NCBI RefSeq assembly: GCF_004010195.1
Contig: NC_057728.1
Coordinates: 44,706,279 to 44,770,278, forward strand
Reading direction: 5' to 3'
DNA: 64,000 nucleotides
DNA from: Chiloscyllium plagiosum
Taxonomy: Eukaryota
The notes beneath the pieces are model-generated. The model was not told where the DNA came from and did no database searches. It worked only from the letters and a program-made list of their open reading frames with translations. The first letter of the stretch is position 1; every line of letters begins with the position of its first letter. Positions 36,490-49,270 of this stretch are shown here, in pieces. The translations under genes and the position numbers were made by a program.

Positions 36490-38924
36490 TTTTAATATTC
36501 AGCCAGTATAGATATATCAGCAATTATATTTTTTAAATTATTTACATTTGTTTTCCAGTTTCAGAATTTTGCAGATGTTTATGTGAAAGAGCATAACATA
36601 AATGATTACAACACGTGCAAAGCAAGCAAGTCACACTTTCCATTATGCACACAATATTTTTCGTATGAAATTGCATTATCCTCAATTTGAATAGAAAGTA
36701 TCACACAATTTCATTCCAATTTGTTGATATCTTCATATTATTAAGTAGGAGGCAGCTCAAGGTTGCAAATCTTTTGTTGCATAAGAATTTATTTGGGTTT
36801 CAGGTTGTGGCTTTGATTAGTGTTTGCATCATACAGGGCAACCCACTTAATACTATTTAAAATAGGATGTAGGATGGCAATGTATTCGTAATGTGGTCAG
36901 AAGCTGAAACAGAACAATTGTACTGAATGCTACATGGTAGCTAATGTTGACTGGCAGTAATATTTGTTATCACCAAACAAAATTCCATGTATTCACAGAA
37001 ATAATATTAATTGTGATCGCCATTTGAATTGTAATGTGGTTTTTGAACAAAGGACAAAGAGGTTACTTGAAATGTAGCTGCAATGCAAATGCAGATGTAT
37101 TGCTTTTTGTCTTGCAATGTTTGTAGACACGCTTGTTCTGTCTGACTACTCCTTCATAATGAGTATGCTGTCCAAGTGTTTGCTCATGTCAGTCACCTGC
37201 TAGGTCAGAGTAGGGAGGTCAGATCCCGAGCCTGGTGCTAGTTGCAACCTAGGAACCATGTTATTCACTGTTTGTGTTTCTCAGACAGTTATATATTCAG
37301 CGGAAGAAAGGATTTACTGAAATAAGACTAACAACCAATGTTCTATTTTATGCCACAGCTTCCCATGGAGTAGTACAGAGCATTCATTCAGTACTGTGTT
37401 AAACATGAATTTATTTAATTAAGAAAAGGCACAAGACACCAGTCACCTTACCAACACCCTCATAAACGTCTTCATACAGGCCATGTCAAAAATGGAGAAT
37501 CTTGTATTTACCAGTTTATCAATGGTTTTGAACTAACATACAGTATTTGTCTGACCTGAATTGACATATTAATGATGAACAACAAAGGGAAGAGTGGGAA
37601 TTAATCACTTTCCTCCACAAAGGGAAGAAAAGTTTTAATTTTACTGCGTATTCAAGTACAGAATCAAATGCATAGGATATTTTCTTTTCAGAGACAATGA
37701 GCTTCGTGGAAAACCAAACAGCTTTGAAATATTCTGAAATCATAAAGCATATTGTATCATAGTGGGATTTATCATTATGCTTACAAAGGAGAAAGATATA
37801 CTAACTATGAACCATTCTATAAAATCAGTGTATCACAAATGCTTGAGCAAACGTCTGATGTTGTTGGAACAGCAAGTAATTCCACAAGAGGAATGCAATG
37901 AGTTACTTTGGGACAAAAACCCAAACTTCAACAGAGAGAGAAATAAAATGATAGGCTGGCCATTTGGTCAGATACGGAGGCAGAAAATACATCAGTCATT
38001 GTGACAGGTTAAAAATGCAGAGCAATTGGCAGAAAACAATATATATACATCCAGCACAAATAATCTGCAATCAACGACTTAATTTAGGCTGATGTGAATT
38101 GCCTCTGTACATTGTTCATGTTTAAATGGTAAACCATTAAAGTGATTCAGCTGCTTACTGTTGTTTCTGAGTTTTACAACCATTGTTATAAATCCATAAC
38201 AAAATTGAAAATCCAGGGAGGAATTTCCCAGGTCCTGAACAGTCTGGGCATTGGTGCGAATGTTGGGATAAATGCATGAAACTGGCAGGGAGAGTTTCCT
38301 GCCATCGAGAGAAAATGATCCCATTTTCCAACCAAGTGCAGAATAGCGAGATGAGATTCTCACTGGTGAGTGGCCTATTTGCATGCATTAATATCCTCAT
38401 TGTTATGTTATTTCACTTCATTGCAATACCAAGCTGCAAAGTTGAAAGACTCCTCTCTATTCCTTGAGAGCTACTGGCCCGGTTCTGGAGATGGGCATGA
38501 GGCCTCCTAAAGTTCAGCCCCAACCCACTTCTACATGCTTCAACCTCACATCCCCATTATTACATACTTCTTCATCTCCCATTCCAACTCCCTACACCTT
38601 CTCAAAATGTCCACCCTTCTTGAAACACTCCATTACCTTCTAAACCCGTTCCTCAAATTTGAAACTCTACGTACTAATCCATTGACTGAGTGTTTACTGT
38701 AAACATAATTCATAATCCCTGTAGTAACATTTAGAAGTATTCAAAAGCTCTCTAAACTGTCAGAATTATAAACTGTAGACCATTTACAGTGTAGCCTAAC
38801 TCAAATCCTGTCAAAATAAACAACCACACAATTTCTTGCTGGCTGTTTCAACTGTTTCTGATAAGTAGAATATGTAAATGACTTGGAAGTCAGCCAAGCA
38901 TTCATAATGAATTCCACTGACCAA

Positions 38925-39485
38925 CAATGTCAATGGCAGATGGAGTTTAATTGAGATAAATGCAAAGTGTTACCTTTTGGTAAGACAAACGAGGGCAGGA
39001 CTTACACAGTTAATGGTGGGGCCCTGCAATGTGTTGTCAAACAGGAAAACCCAGGGATGCAGGTATATAGCTACATGAAAGTGGTGTCACAAGTAGACAG
39101 GTAGGTGAAGAAGACATTTGGCATGTTTGCCTTCATTGGTCAGAGCATTGAGTACAGGAATTGAAACATCATGTTCCAAGACATTGGTAAAGGCCCATTT
39201 AGAGTACTGCATACAGTTCTGGTCACTGTGGTATGGGAAGGATATTGTTAAACTGCAAAGGGTGCAGCTTGCAAGGATATAACTGAGACTGGAGGACTTG
39301 AGTTATAAGGAGAGGCTGGATCGGATGCGACTTCATTCATTGCAGCATAGGAGGCTGAGGGGTGACCATATAGAGGTTTATATAATCATGAGGGACATAG
39401 ATTATTTCTTTTTCCCAGGGTAAGGGTGTTGAAAACTAGAAAGCTTACATTTAAGGTGAGAGGGAAAAGGGACCTGAGAGATAAC
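38925..39485 (+). mobile_element. CR1 3' fragment
   Basis: WQMEFN..KCKVL, EYCIQFWS and RRLRGD motifs. Confidence 0.8.
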
Positions 39486-40324
39486 TTTCTCTCTCAATTC
39501 TTTTTCTCTCTCTATCTTACCCCATCTCCCTTTTCCATATCCTGGACTCCATCTTACCTTGCCCCATTTAACTTCAAGAAAATAATCTGCAAGGCTTTCA
39601 GTTCTAAAATCTTTCACTGCTCTTACCATACCAGCAAATATTTTGCATTAAAATTAAAGTGGCTTTTTTTCTGAAGTGACTTGAATACAACTTGATAAAA
39701 GCCAGTTTCATTTTAAAAAATTTAATTAAAAAAACAGTAGTGAGTGTGACCCAGGAGCCTATCATTTCCCTCCATCAATGTGATGGCCCAATCTGCAGTT
39801 CCCATCCAGCATCTGCCTCAGATTGTCTTTTTACCCATGGTGCAACTTTGTCCCTACTTCCCCAAACCAGAGTCTCACTGTAAACGTCCTACTCACAGAC
39901 TCTACTGCAGACTCACTGCCACTGCTCCAGGCTTCTGGCGATTCATGGGTTCAGGCTTTGGACTGCTCCAACCTTCTCCAATCACAGACTGGCTGTCACT
40001 CATATTTGCTGCTGATAGGCTCATCAATAAGGCTGCAATGAAAGGGGGAGCAGCTCCTTGCAAAATCTTCCATTTTCACCTATATTTAAAACTCCAGCTT
40101 TAAAAATAAAACATAAATAAAACAAATTCTAAACTCCAAGTCACTTTTTGATCAGATCTATGATTCTTGTAATGTTATGCAATTATTAATTATGTATGCC
40201 TTATGAATGAACTCTGAATTCATCTATCTGTGATGCAGAGTTCAGACTACATTAAATACTCCAGCAGGCTGCATGTGGTCCACAGGCTGTAGATTGGGCA
40301 GCCCTATATTAGAGTCATCGTAGT

Positions 40325-40420
40325 TTAGATCAGAGTGTGCTGGAAAAGCACAGCAGGTCAGGCAGCATCCGAGGAGCAGGAAAATCGATGTTTCGGGCAA
40401 AAGCCCTTCATCAGGAATAG
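40325..40420 (-). mobile_element. Solo family A pLTR without tail
   Basis: Reverse complement ctattcCTGATGAagggcttttgcccGAAACATCgattttcctgctcctcgg. Confidence 0.85.
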
Positions 40421-42997
40421 GTCCTTGAAACTTAAGAACTTGCCTTTCTAAAAGCCAATGACCAAGAAGACAAACTGACTGCTGAGCAGAACTTGGTGCA
40501 AGTTAAGATGCATGCAACAGCATCCTAGGTGAGTTGCACTTCATATATGTAAAGTGGAAGCCAGTGAGCAAAGTATTGGGACAATCTAAACACCCTGCAC
40601 TCCTCCCTTGCTGATGATACTGAATGAAAAGCTATTTTACAATTACAAGTTTTGCTCATTCTTTAAACTCTTCCAAAGTATCAAAAAAGATTGAAAGTCA
40701 TTAATTTGTAGATTTATTTCTGGATTATTTTTATTTCTTTCTTGTCTGCTTTTATTGCTTTGTTTTTTTTTATTTTTTTTGAATCTTTCTTTCATTAAAG
40801 TCGTCTTCTGGCTTGTTTTCTTTCTGCAGGACTTCAGATTATTTTCTTTCCCATTTGGTTTATTTTGTCTTTTGTTGTTCGTTATCCTTGGAACAGAAAC
40901 TCATAACATTATTCATAAACCTACAAAAAACTTGGGCAATCGCTGTTTTGGTGTTGCTGGCTGATATCACTGAAGATATTCGGATGCATTCAAGAGCTAC
41001 AAATGGAAGAAGGAATAGAATAAAGCCTGGAGAGAGATTAGTGTATCCCGTGAGTGATGTGGTTGGGATGGAGATCAGGGAGAGAGAGGGAAGGATCCAG
41101 AACTGAGATTACTGATAAGAAGGATATGGGCAGGAGAGAGATCACAGATGGAAAGAAGGGATATAACCAGAGATATATGAGTGAATGGAATAAAACATGG
41201 CTTATTTGGAATAAAAATGGTGAGGGAGAATCAGTTCAATGTTAGTAAAAGAGAAATTCATCAACTAGGTCAGGGAAGAATCCAGTTGACTGAGAGTCCA
41301 AGAAATTGTGATAAAACAAGATAAGATGTCAGTGAGCCAGAATTAGGTGAGATCAGGAATATGAAGCATCAAATAGTTACAGCAGGAGATGAAGATTACA
41401 ATCAACAATCTAGCACAGGGTGGGGAGGAGACATAAGAGCCATCAGATAAATGGAAGTGTGGGACACACAGCTGACTTACATTAAACTCTGACAGAGCAA
41501 ACTATAGTTAGTAGATAGATCAAAGGATTATGGCAGAATGATAGATGATAGGATTGTGGTCGATTGTGAATGTGGCAGAAGAAGGATTATAGAACTGGGA
41601 AAGAATTCAAAGTCCTGGGACACAAAAGAAAACACACCAGGAGAGAGATCAGTGGGGCAGAATGAAATACAGCTGGGAGACCAAGGGGGGACAGCCATGA
41701 TAGACAAAACAGAGATTCACTGGTTCAGTATTTTGTCTCTTTTATAAAATGTCCCAGCGAACAACAAATAAGTACCACATGTACAGCCGTCAATCATTGG
41801 GCAGCAACCTCTATTTCCCAAATGGTAATTTAATCTTTTCGAATGACGAAGATAAGTCATTGATACAACATCTACCCTCGCGTTTCTGATATTCTAAACA
41901 AACTGATTCTTTCTCTTATTTGCTCACATAGCTTATTCAGAATTTATGTATATATGACTTGTTCAAAATGTGAATAAAATGCCTTTATCTCCAGGTCGTT
42001 GCAATGCAAAGTAGGCAAAATTGTGTTTTGACTGAATCTAATTTGGAGTTCAGCATTCAATTGAGAGCCATCACCCTATCACCAAGAATCTTACAGAGGC
42101 CTGAGCAATGTGGGATATGGCAAGGTTTTTGGCAGGTTTGGTCAAAAAGTCTGGTGAAGTCNNNNNNNNNNNNNNNNNNNNNNNNNNNNNNNNNNNNNNN
42201 NNNNNNNNNNNNNNNNNNNNNNNNNNNNNNNNNNNNNNNNNNNNNNNNNNNNNNNNNNNNNNNNNNNNNNNNNNNNNNNNNNNNNNNNNNNNNNNNNNNN
42301 NNNNNNNNNNNNNNNNNNNNNNNNNNNNNNNNNNNNNNNNNNNNNNNNNNNNNNNNNNNNNNNNNNNNNNNNNNNNNNNNNNNNNNNNNNNNNNNNNNNN
42401 NNNNNNNNNNNNNNNNNNNNNNNNNNNNNNNNNNNNNNNNNNNNNNNNNNNNNNNNNNNNNNNNNNNNNNNNNNNNNNNNNNNNNNNNNNNNNNNNNNNN
42501 NNNNNNNNNNNNNNNNNNNNNNNNNNNNNNNNNNNNNNNNNNNNNNNNNNNNNNNNNNNNNNNNNNNNNNNNNNNNNNNNNNNNNNNNNNNNNNNNNNNN
42601 NNNNNNNNNNNNNNNNNNNNNNNNNNNNNNNNNNNNNNNNNNNNNNNNNNNNNNNNNNNNNNNNNNNNNNNNNNNNNNNNNNNNNNNNNNNNNNNNNNNN
42701 NNNNNNNNNNNNNNNNNNNNNNNNNNNNNNNNNNNNNNNNNNNNNNNNNNNNNNNNNNNNNNNNNNNNNNNNNNNNNNNNNNNNNNNNNNNNNNNNNNNN
42801 NNNNNNNNNNNNNNNNNNNNNNNNNNNNNNNNNNNNNNNNNNNNNNNNNNNNNNNNNNNNNNNNNNNNNNNNNNNNNNNNNNNNNNNNNNNNNNNNNNNN
42901 NNNNNNNNNNNNNNNNNNNNNNNNNNNNNNNNNNNNNNNNNNNNNNNNNNNNNNNNNNNNNNNNNNNNNNNNNNNNNNNNNNNNNNNNNNNNNNNNN

Positions 42998-45788
42998 GGG
43001 CAGTTGCATGTTCCTCCTGCAGAATGTGGCAGATGAGAGAGACTTCACATGTCTCTGCTGACTACATCTGGGGGACGTGCACCCAACTCCAGCTCCTTGA
43101 AAACAGAGTTAGGGAACTGGAGCTGGAGCTGGATGAACTACGGATCATCTGGGAGGCTGAGGGGGAAATTAAGAGGATGTACAGGGAGGTGGTCACTCCC
43201 CAGATACAGGATAAGGACAGCTGGGTTACTGTCAGGGGGAGGAAAGGGAACCGACCGACAGAGCAGGGATCCCCTGTGACCGTTCCCCTCAGCAATAAGT
43301 ATAGCGTTTTGGATACTGCTGGTGGGGACAGCCTACCAGGGGAGACCCATAGTTGTCAGGTCTCTGGCACTGAGCCTGGCACTGTGACGCAGAAGGGAAG
43401 GGGGGACAATAGAAAAGCGCTAGTGGTAAGAGACTCAATAGTTAGATGGATTGACAGGAGATTCTGAAGGGGGAGGGTGAGCAGCCAGAAATTGTGGTAC
43501 ATATTGGCACCAATGATATAGCCAGGAAAGGGATTGAGGATCTGAAAAGTGACTACAGAGAGCTAGGTTGGAGGCTGAAGAGCAGGAGGAGTAGAGTAGT
43601 GCAGATGGTTTGAATGGTACCTTTTTTTCAGGTGTGTTCAGGAGGGTTTCCTTTCTCAGTATGTAGACTGACCGACAAGGGGAGAGGCCATTTTGGATTT
43701 GGTGCTCGGCAACGAGCCAGGACAGGTGTCAGATTTCGCAGTGGGAGAGCACTTGGGTGAAAGTGATCACAACTGATTCACATTTAGCATAGCCTTGGAG
43801 AGTGAAAGGAACAGTTAACCGAGGGAAGACATTTAATTTGGGAAAAGGAAATTATGATGCTATCAGATAGAAGTTGGGAAGTACAGACTGGGACCAATTG
43901 TTCCACAGAAAAGGCACAGTAGACATGTGGAAACTATTTAAGGAGCAATTGTTGCGAGTGATGCATAAATTTGTTCCTCTGAGACAGGTAAGAAGGGCTA
44001 AGATTAAGGAACCTTGGATGATGAGAACAGAGGAACTTCTCGTCAAAAGGAAGAAGGCAACTTACGTAAGATGGAGGAAGCAAGGATCTAGCACAGCTTT
44101 AGAGGATTACAGGCTTGCTCGAAAGGAGCTCAGGAATGGACTGAGGAGGGGCACGAAAAAGGTTTGGCAAGAAGGATTAGGGCGAACCCAAAGACATTTT
44201 ACTCATACATGAGGAATAAGAGAATGATCAGGGAGAAGGTAGGGCCGATCAGGGATAGCGGAGGGAACTTGTGCGTGGAGTCTGAACAGATAGGGGAAGC
44301 CTGAGTTTTTTGCTTCAGTTTTCACCAAGGAAAGGGAACTCATTGTAAATGAAAACTTAGAGGAACTGGGATATAGTCTTGACCAGATCAAGATTGATGA
44401 AGTTGATGTGCTAGAAATTTTGGAAAACATTGAGATTGAAAGTCCCCAGGGCCGAACCAGATTTATCCTAGGCTGCTCCGGGAAGCGAGAAAGGAGTTTG
44501 CTAATCCGCTGGCGAGGATATTTGCCTCCTCACTCTCCATGGGAGTTGTATAACAGGATTGGAAGGAGGCGAATTTTGTTCCACTTTTCAAGAAGGATAA
44601 TAGGGAAATTGTTGGTAATTACAAACCAGTCAGTCTTACATCTGTGGTCAGCAAAGTTGTGGAAAGAATTCTGAGGGATAGGATTTATGACTATTTGGCA
44701 AAGCATAGTGTGATTAAAGGCAGTCAGCATGGCTTTGTGAGGGGCAGGTCATGCCTCACAAATCTTATTGAGTTCTTTGAGGAGGTGTCAAAACAGGTTG
44801 ACGATGGTCGAGCAGTGGATGTGGTGTATATGGACTTCAGCAAGGCATNNNNNNNNNNNNNNNNNNNNNNNNNNNNNNNNNNNNNNNNNNNNNNNNNNNN
44901 NNNNNNNNNNNNNNNNNNNNNNNNNNNNNNNNNNNNNNNNNNNNNNNNNNNNNNNNNNNNNNNNNNNNNNNNNNNNNNNNNNNNNNNNNNNNNNNNNNNN
45001 NNNNNNNNNNNNNNNNNNNNNNNNNNNNNNNNNNNNNNNNNNNNNNNNNNNNNNNNNNNNNNNNNNNNNNNNNNNNNNNNNNNNNNNNNNNNNNNNNNNN
45101 NNNNNNNNNNNNNNNNNNNNNNNNNNNNNNNNNNNNNNNNNNNNNNNNNNNNNNNNNNNNNNNNNNNNNNNNNNNNNNNNNNNNNNNNNNNNNNNNNNNN
45201 NNNNNNNNNNNNNNNNNNNNNNNNNNNNNNNNNNNNNNNNNNNNNNNNNNNNNNNNNNNNNNNCAGTTCTGGTCGCCCTACTATAGGAAAGATACAGAGG
45301 CTTTGGAGAGGATGCAAAGAAGGTTTACCAGGATGCTGCCTGAACTGGAGGGCTTGCCTTATGAAGAAAGGTTGAATAAGCTCGGATTTTTCTCTCTGGA
45401 GAGAAGGAGGAAGAGAGGAGACCTGATCAAGGTGTACAAAATAATGAGAGGAATAGATAGAGTCAATAGCCAGGGACTTTTTCCCAGGGCCCGATTGACT
45501 GGTACGAGAAGTCATAGTTTGAAGATATTAGGAGGAAGGTATAAAGGAGACATCAGAGGTAGGTTCTTTCCACAGAGAGTTGTGAATGTATGGAATGCGT
45601 TGCCAGTTGAGGTGGTGGAAGCGAAGTCATTGGGGACATTTAAGCGGCTGGTGGACATGCACATGGATAGCAGTGAGTTGAGAGGTGCTTAGGTTAAGTT
45701 ACTATATTTTACATTAGGATTAAGTCTCAGCACAACATTGTGGGCCTAAGGGCCTGTTCTGTGCTGTACTTTTCTATGTTCTCTATGT
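42998..45788 (+). mobile_element. CR1 LINE with ORF1 and ORF2 remnants, internal deletions and an N-gap
   Basis: CSSCRMW..LENRVRELELELDEL; VRDSIVR; HIGTND; SQHGFVRGRSCLTNLIEFFEEV..YMDFSKA; CR1 3' UTR and tail. Confidence 0.92.
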
Positions 45789-46730
45789 ACCTGTCCAGGA
45801 GCTTGAACACAATTAGTCAGCAGCTCAGGATGGTTAGAGTCAAGATACTGTCCACATAAGGGGTGAACAGCTGGATATCGCACAACCCACCACCTGTTTC
45901 TGCTGTTTCTCTTCCAGAATGAGATGTAAATGGGTGGCATGGCTGTAATTGTGGTGCACCTGTCGAGGTGTAGGCAGCGTAGAGGACATGCAGGGTCAAT
46001 GGTGTCATTGTGGGGCACAGGACACTGAGGTAATTGAGAGAATAGTAGAGCAAGAACCCTGGTGGAAGGTGAGTACAGTTGTGAGCAAAAGAATTTGAGA
46101 GGTATTAACGAGAAGATAGTAGCAATTATTCTGGTGGAATGGAGAACGTTGTTGACCTTGCTGAGCATTCCTCCAGACAACTGGGACTGCAGTGACCCAG
46201 ATGGCAACCTTAGGCAAGGCTGGCATGGTCTGGAGTTGAGCCCTCCACTATTAGTCCTGGGGGAAGAGCAAGTCCTGTCCATGTACCACCCCATCGAAGA
46301 GGAGCGCCAGGATTCTATCCACAAAGCAGGGCACAAACTTGGGCATGTCTGGGGCAAATGTCAAGAACTGTATAAGATAACTCAGGACTGAAAGGGCTTT
46401 TCCTGGTCTGCAATGGGTTTTTTAAAGATGATGCAGATACCGCAACACCAATCTTTTAGCAGGTATCCACTGAATGCCAAGCCTTTTCCAAGAGCAGTCC
46501 ATGGGAAGATGGAGCTAGAATCAGATGCAAGAAATATCATGCTGTTGGGATAGGTGTTAAAGAGGTGCATTCGGTAAGATGCTGCAAGAAATCTCATGAG
46601 GTGTTACAACAGGAATGCCCGTAATAAACTCGACACAACTTACGCTTGGCCAAATATGTGTAAGGTTCAGCCCATCAACTCTTAAGGGGATGCAATGGAG
46701 TTCCATTGGAACAATGTTACCCCACATTCC

Positions 46731-47436
46731 AAGATGGTGCCAGCACATTAAGTAGTTAATGACTCTTTGAGCCCATCTGCTCCAGGCCAATGACACTGTT
46801 TTCTCTATGTATTTTCCATCTTTTTTGTTCTTCTTCATTTCTTCTTCATTTTTGAGGCTAAATTGGTATTCGCGAGGTGGTGGTAGCAATATTGACAGCG
46901 TGGATGGGGATTTCTCTCGATGGTGGTGGTGCCTGGAGCTGGATTCCTGGCGGCGGTAGGCCGGAGCCTCAACTCCCAGCAGCAGTAGGCCCAGAGCCCA
47001 GGCTCCTGGTGGGGGCTCCCCGAGCAGGGACACTTGATAGCAGTAGGCCTGGAGCCTGGATTCTTGGTGGTGGCATTTCCCAGAGTGGACACTTAGCCCA
47101 GACCTAGACTTGTGGTGGTGGCGGTGCTCAGAGCAGTAACACCCAGTGACTGTAAGCCCGGAGCCTGAATTCCTAGAGCTCTCGGCGAGGTGGTCTCCTG
47201 GGGCATAGGCCGGAGCAGGGCTGTTGCCGGAGCAGGGCTCTCTGAGGACCAGAACACCTTGCAAAAGCTCTGAAGCAGTGCTTAAGACCCCAGTTTGAAC
47301 AGAAGACAAATCTTATTGAAGTAATTTCTTATTATTCTTTTTGTAACACCGTGGTGGGACCGTGGTGACAAACACCTTTCACTGCATCCTCAAGATAAAC
47401 GTGACAATAAATCATTCATTCATTTATTCATTCATT
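46731..47436 (+). mobile_element. Probable non-autonomous retroposon with (ATTC)n tail
   Basis: Starts aagatgg. GC-rich body with a repeated taggcc(g/t)ggagc motif. AATAAA at 47406-47411 followed by (cattc/attc)n. Confidence 0.5.
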
Positions 47437-47911
47437 TGGTAAGAGAAGTCATAAACACAGGTTAGATAGACTAAGCTTTGCATTCCCTTTGGTTATAAAG
47501 AATGATTGGTCATCTAACCGAAGTGTTCAGAGCAATTATATGAGTTGATTGGAGACAGCAAGAGAAATTATTCTGTTTGCTCAGGGAACCAGACTGAAGG
47601 CAGTAACCTTAAAATTCTGAATAGGCTGTTCAAGGATGGAGACAGGAAGCAGTTCTCCACACAGAAGGTGGTGTGGCACTCTGACCCCATGAAAAATTGT
47701 TGCGGTTAAATTAATTGAAAATTTCAAAACTGCAATTGACAGATTAGGGAAGAACTTTGAGGATTACAGAACCAAGGCTAGTAGAAAAAGTTATGGTGCA
47801 CATCTACCATGATTTAATTGAATGACAGAATAGTTTCACTTGGCTAAATTGCCTTTTCCTCTCTTTATGTGCCTACCTGTGTTAATTTGTCTTTTGAATT
47901 CTATGATAATA

Positions 47912-48134
47912 TGTCGTGATTATAACGAGGTCAGCCAGGAAGGACGCATAGAATATGAGTTCGCTGATTGGTGCTGTCAATCCAGTCGAATTAGGGGCCC
48001 CTGTTTGACAGATATAAACAGGAGTGTCAGAGGTTCTGTTCACTCTGAGGGAGCTGGAGCAGTGTCAAGGACTCTCCGTGTGTAAATAAAAGGTGACTTG
48101 GTGGCAGGATACTAGCCTCTGTGAAGTGGTTTCA
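47912..48134 (+). mobile_element. Solo LTR
   Basis: TG...CA ends, TATA-like gatataaa (48011-48018), AATAAA (48085-48090), 5-bp flanks taata/taatg. Confidence 0.7.
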
Positions 48135-48419
48135 TAATGGGCCTACAAGTTTTATGTAAATTTAGAGTTCGCAGGTTAGAAAATCATGCTGTAAATCTGA
48201 AATGTTATCAACAAATTCCGGCATTTTTTATTTCCAAACAAGGTATTAGCTGAAACCTACCTTTGCACTGCAAGCAAGCTGAGAGACGAGAACAAACAGT
48301 AAAATGTTTCAGATCCCAAGCAAACAAGCGCATTGTTCCTGTTGACTAGTTTTAACTGCAAACTAAGAAATGAGTTAAGAGAAAATACCTCATAAAGGCG
48401 GGGCTAGGTCTGATACTAC

Positions 48420-49270
48420 GAGAAACAAAGAAAGTAGAAGCAAGAGTAGGTCATTCGACTGTTTGTACCTGCACCACCTGTCATTATGATCATGACTGGT
48501 CACCCGACTCAAGAGCATGTTCCCACTTTTACCCCAGATCCTGTTGATCCCTTTAACCCAATTGCCTTTACGAACTCTTTCTTGAAATCCCATAATATTT
48601 TGACTTCCACTGCTTTCTGCGGCAGTGAATTCCACAGGCTTGCCACTCCCATCTGAGTGAAGACATTTCTGCTAATCTCAGTCCTAAATTATTTACTCCA
48701 TACTCTTAGACTGTGACCCCTGTTTCTGGACTGTCTCACCATCAGGAATATATTTCTTGCATCTACCCTGTCTATTCCTGTTAGAATTTTATCTGGTTCT
48801 ATGAGATCCTCCACTTCCTCCATTCTTCTGAACTCCAGTGAATATAATCTGAAACAGTTCAACCTCTCCTCATGCATCAGTCCTGCTATCCCAAGAATTA
48901 GTCTGGTAAACCTTCGCTGCACTCCCTCTATAGTAAGAACATCTTTCCTCAGATAAGAAGACCAAAACTGCACAGATTATTCCAGGTATGGTTTCACCAA
49001 AGCCCTGCATAATTACAGCCAGACATCCCTGCTCCTGCCCTATCTGCAAACCCCCCCTCGCTATGAAAGCCATTGGACAATTTGCCTTCTTGACAGCACG
49101 TGTATGCTTACTGCCGTGACTGGTGTGTGAGGACACCCTGATCTCATTGTACATTCCTGTTTGTCATTTCAGAGCTATTCGGATTGTAACCCACTTTCCT
49201 GCTTTTTCTAACCTCATATTTATCAACATTAAACTACACCTTCCAAGCATTTGCCCATTCACTCAGCAAG
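48420..49270 (-). mobile_element. CR1 3' fragment
   Basis: Minus ORF QFWSSYLRKDVLTIEGVQRRFTRLI..YSLEFRRM. Confidence 0.85.

Noticed and set aside
37127..37162. Candidate 36-nt micro-exon (TLVLSDYSFIM) in repeat-poor DNA
   Set aside because: Splice signals are mediocre and the peptide is unrecognised; needs RNA or conservation data.
38200..38520. Possible old DNA-transposon end (gggaggaatttccc)
   Set aside because: No matching second TIR or TSD found.
40900..41750. Purine-rich stretch resembling an antisense L2 endonuclease region
   Set aside because: Too decayed to support by eye.
42004..43467. Long ORFs of 317-487 aa (also those over 13730-13979, 15665-15858, 44849-45263 and 52464-53138)
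   Set aside because: Their length comes from N-gaps; the real residues are TE fragments.
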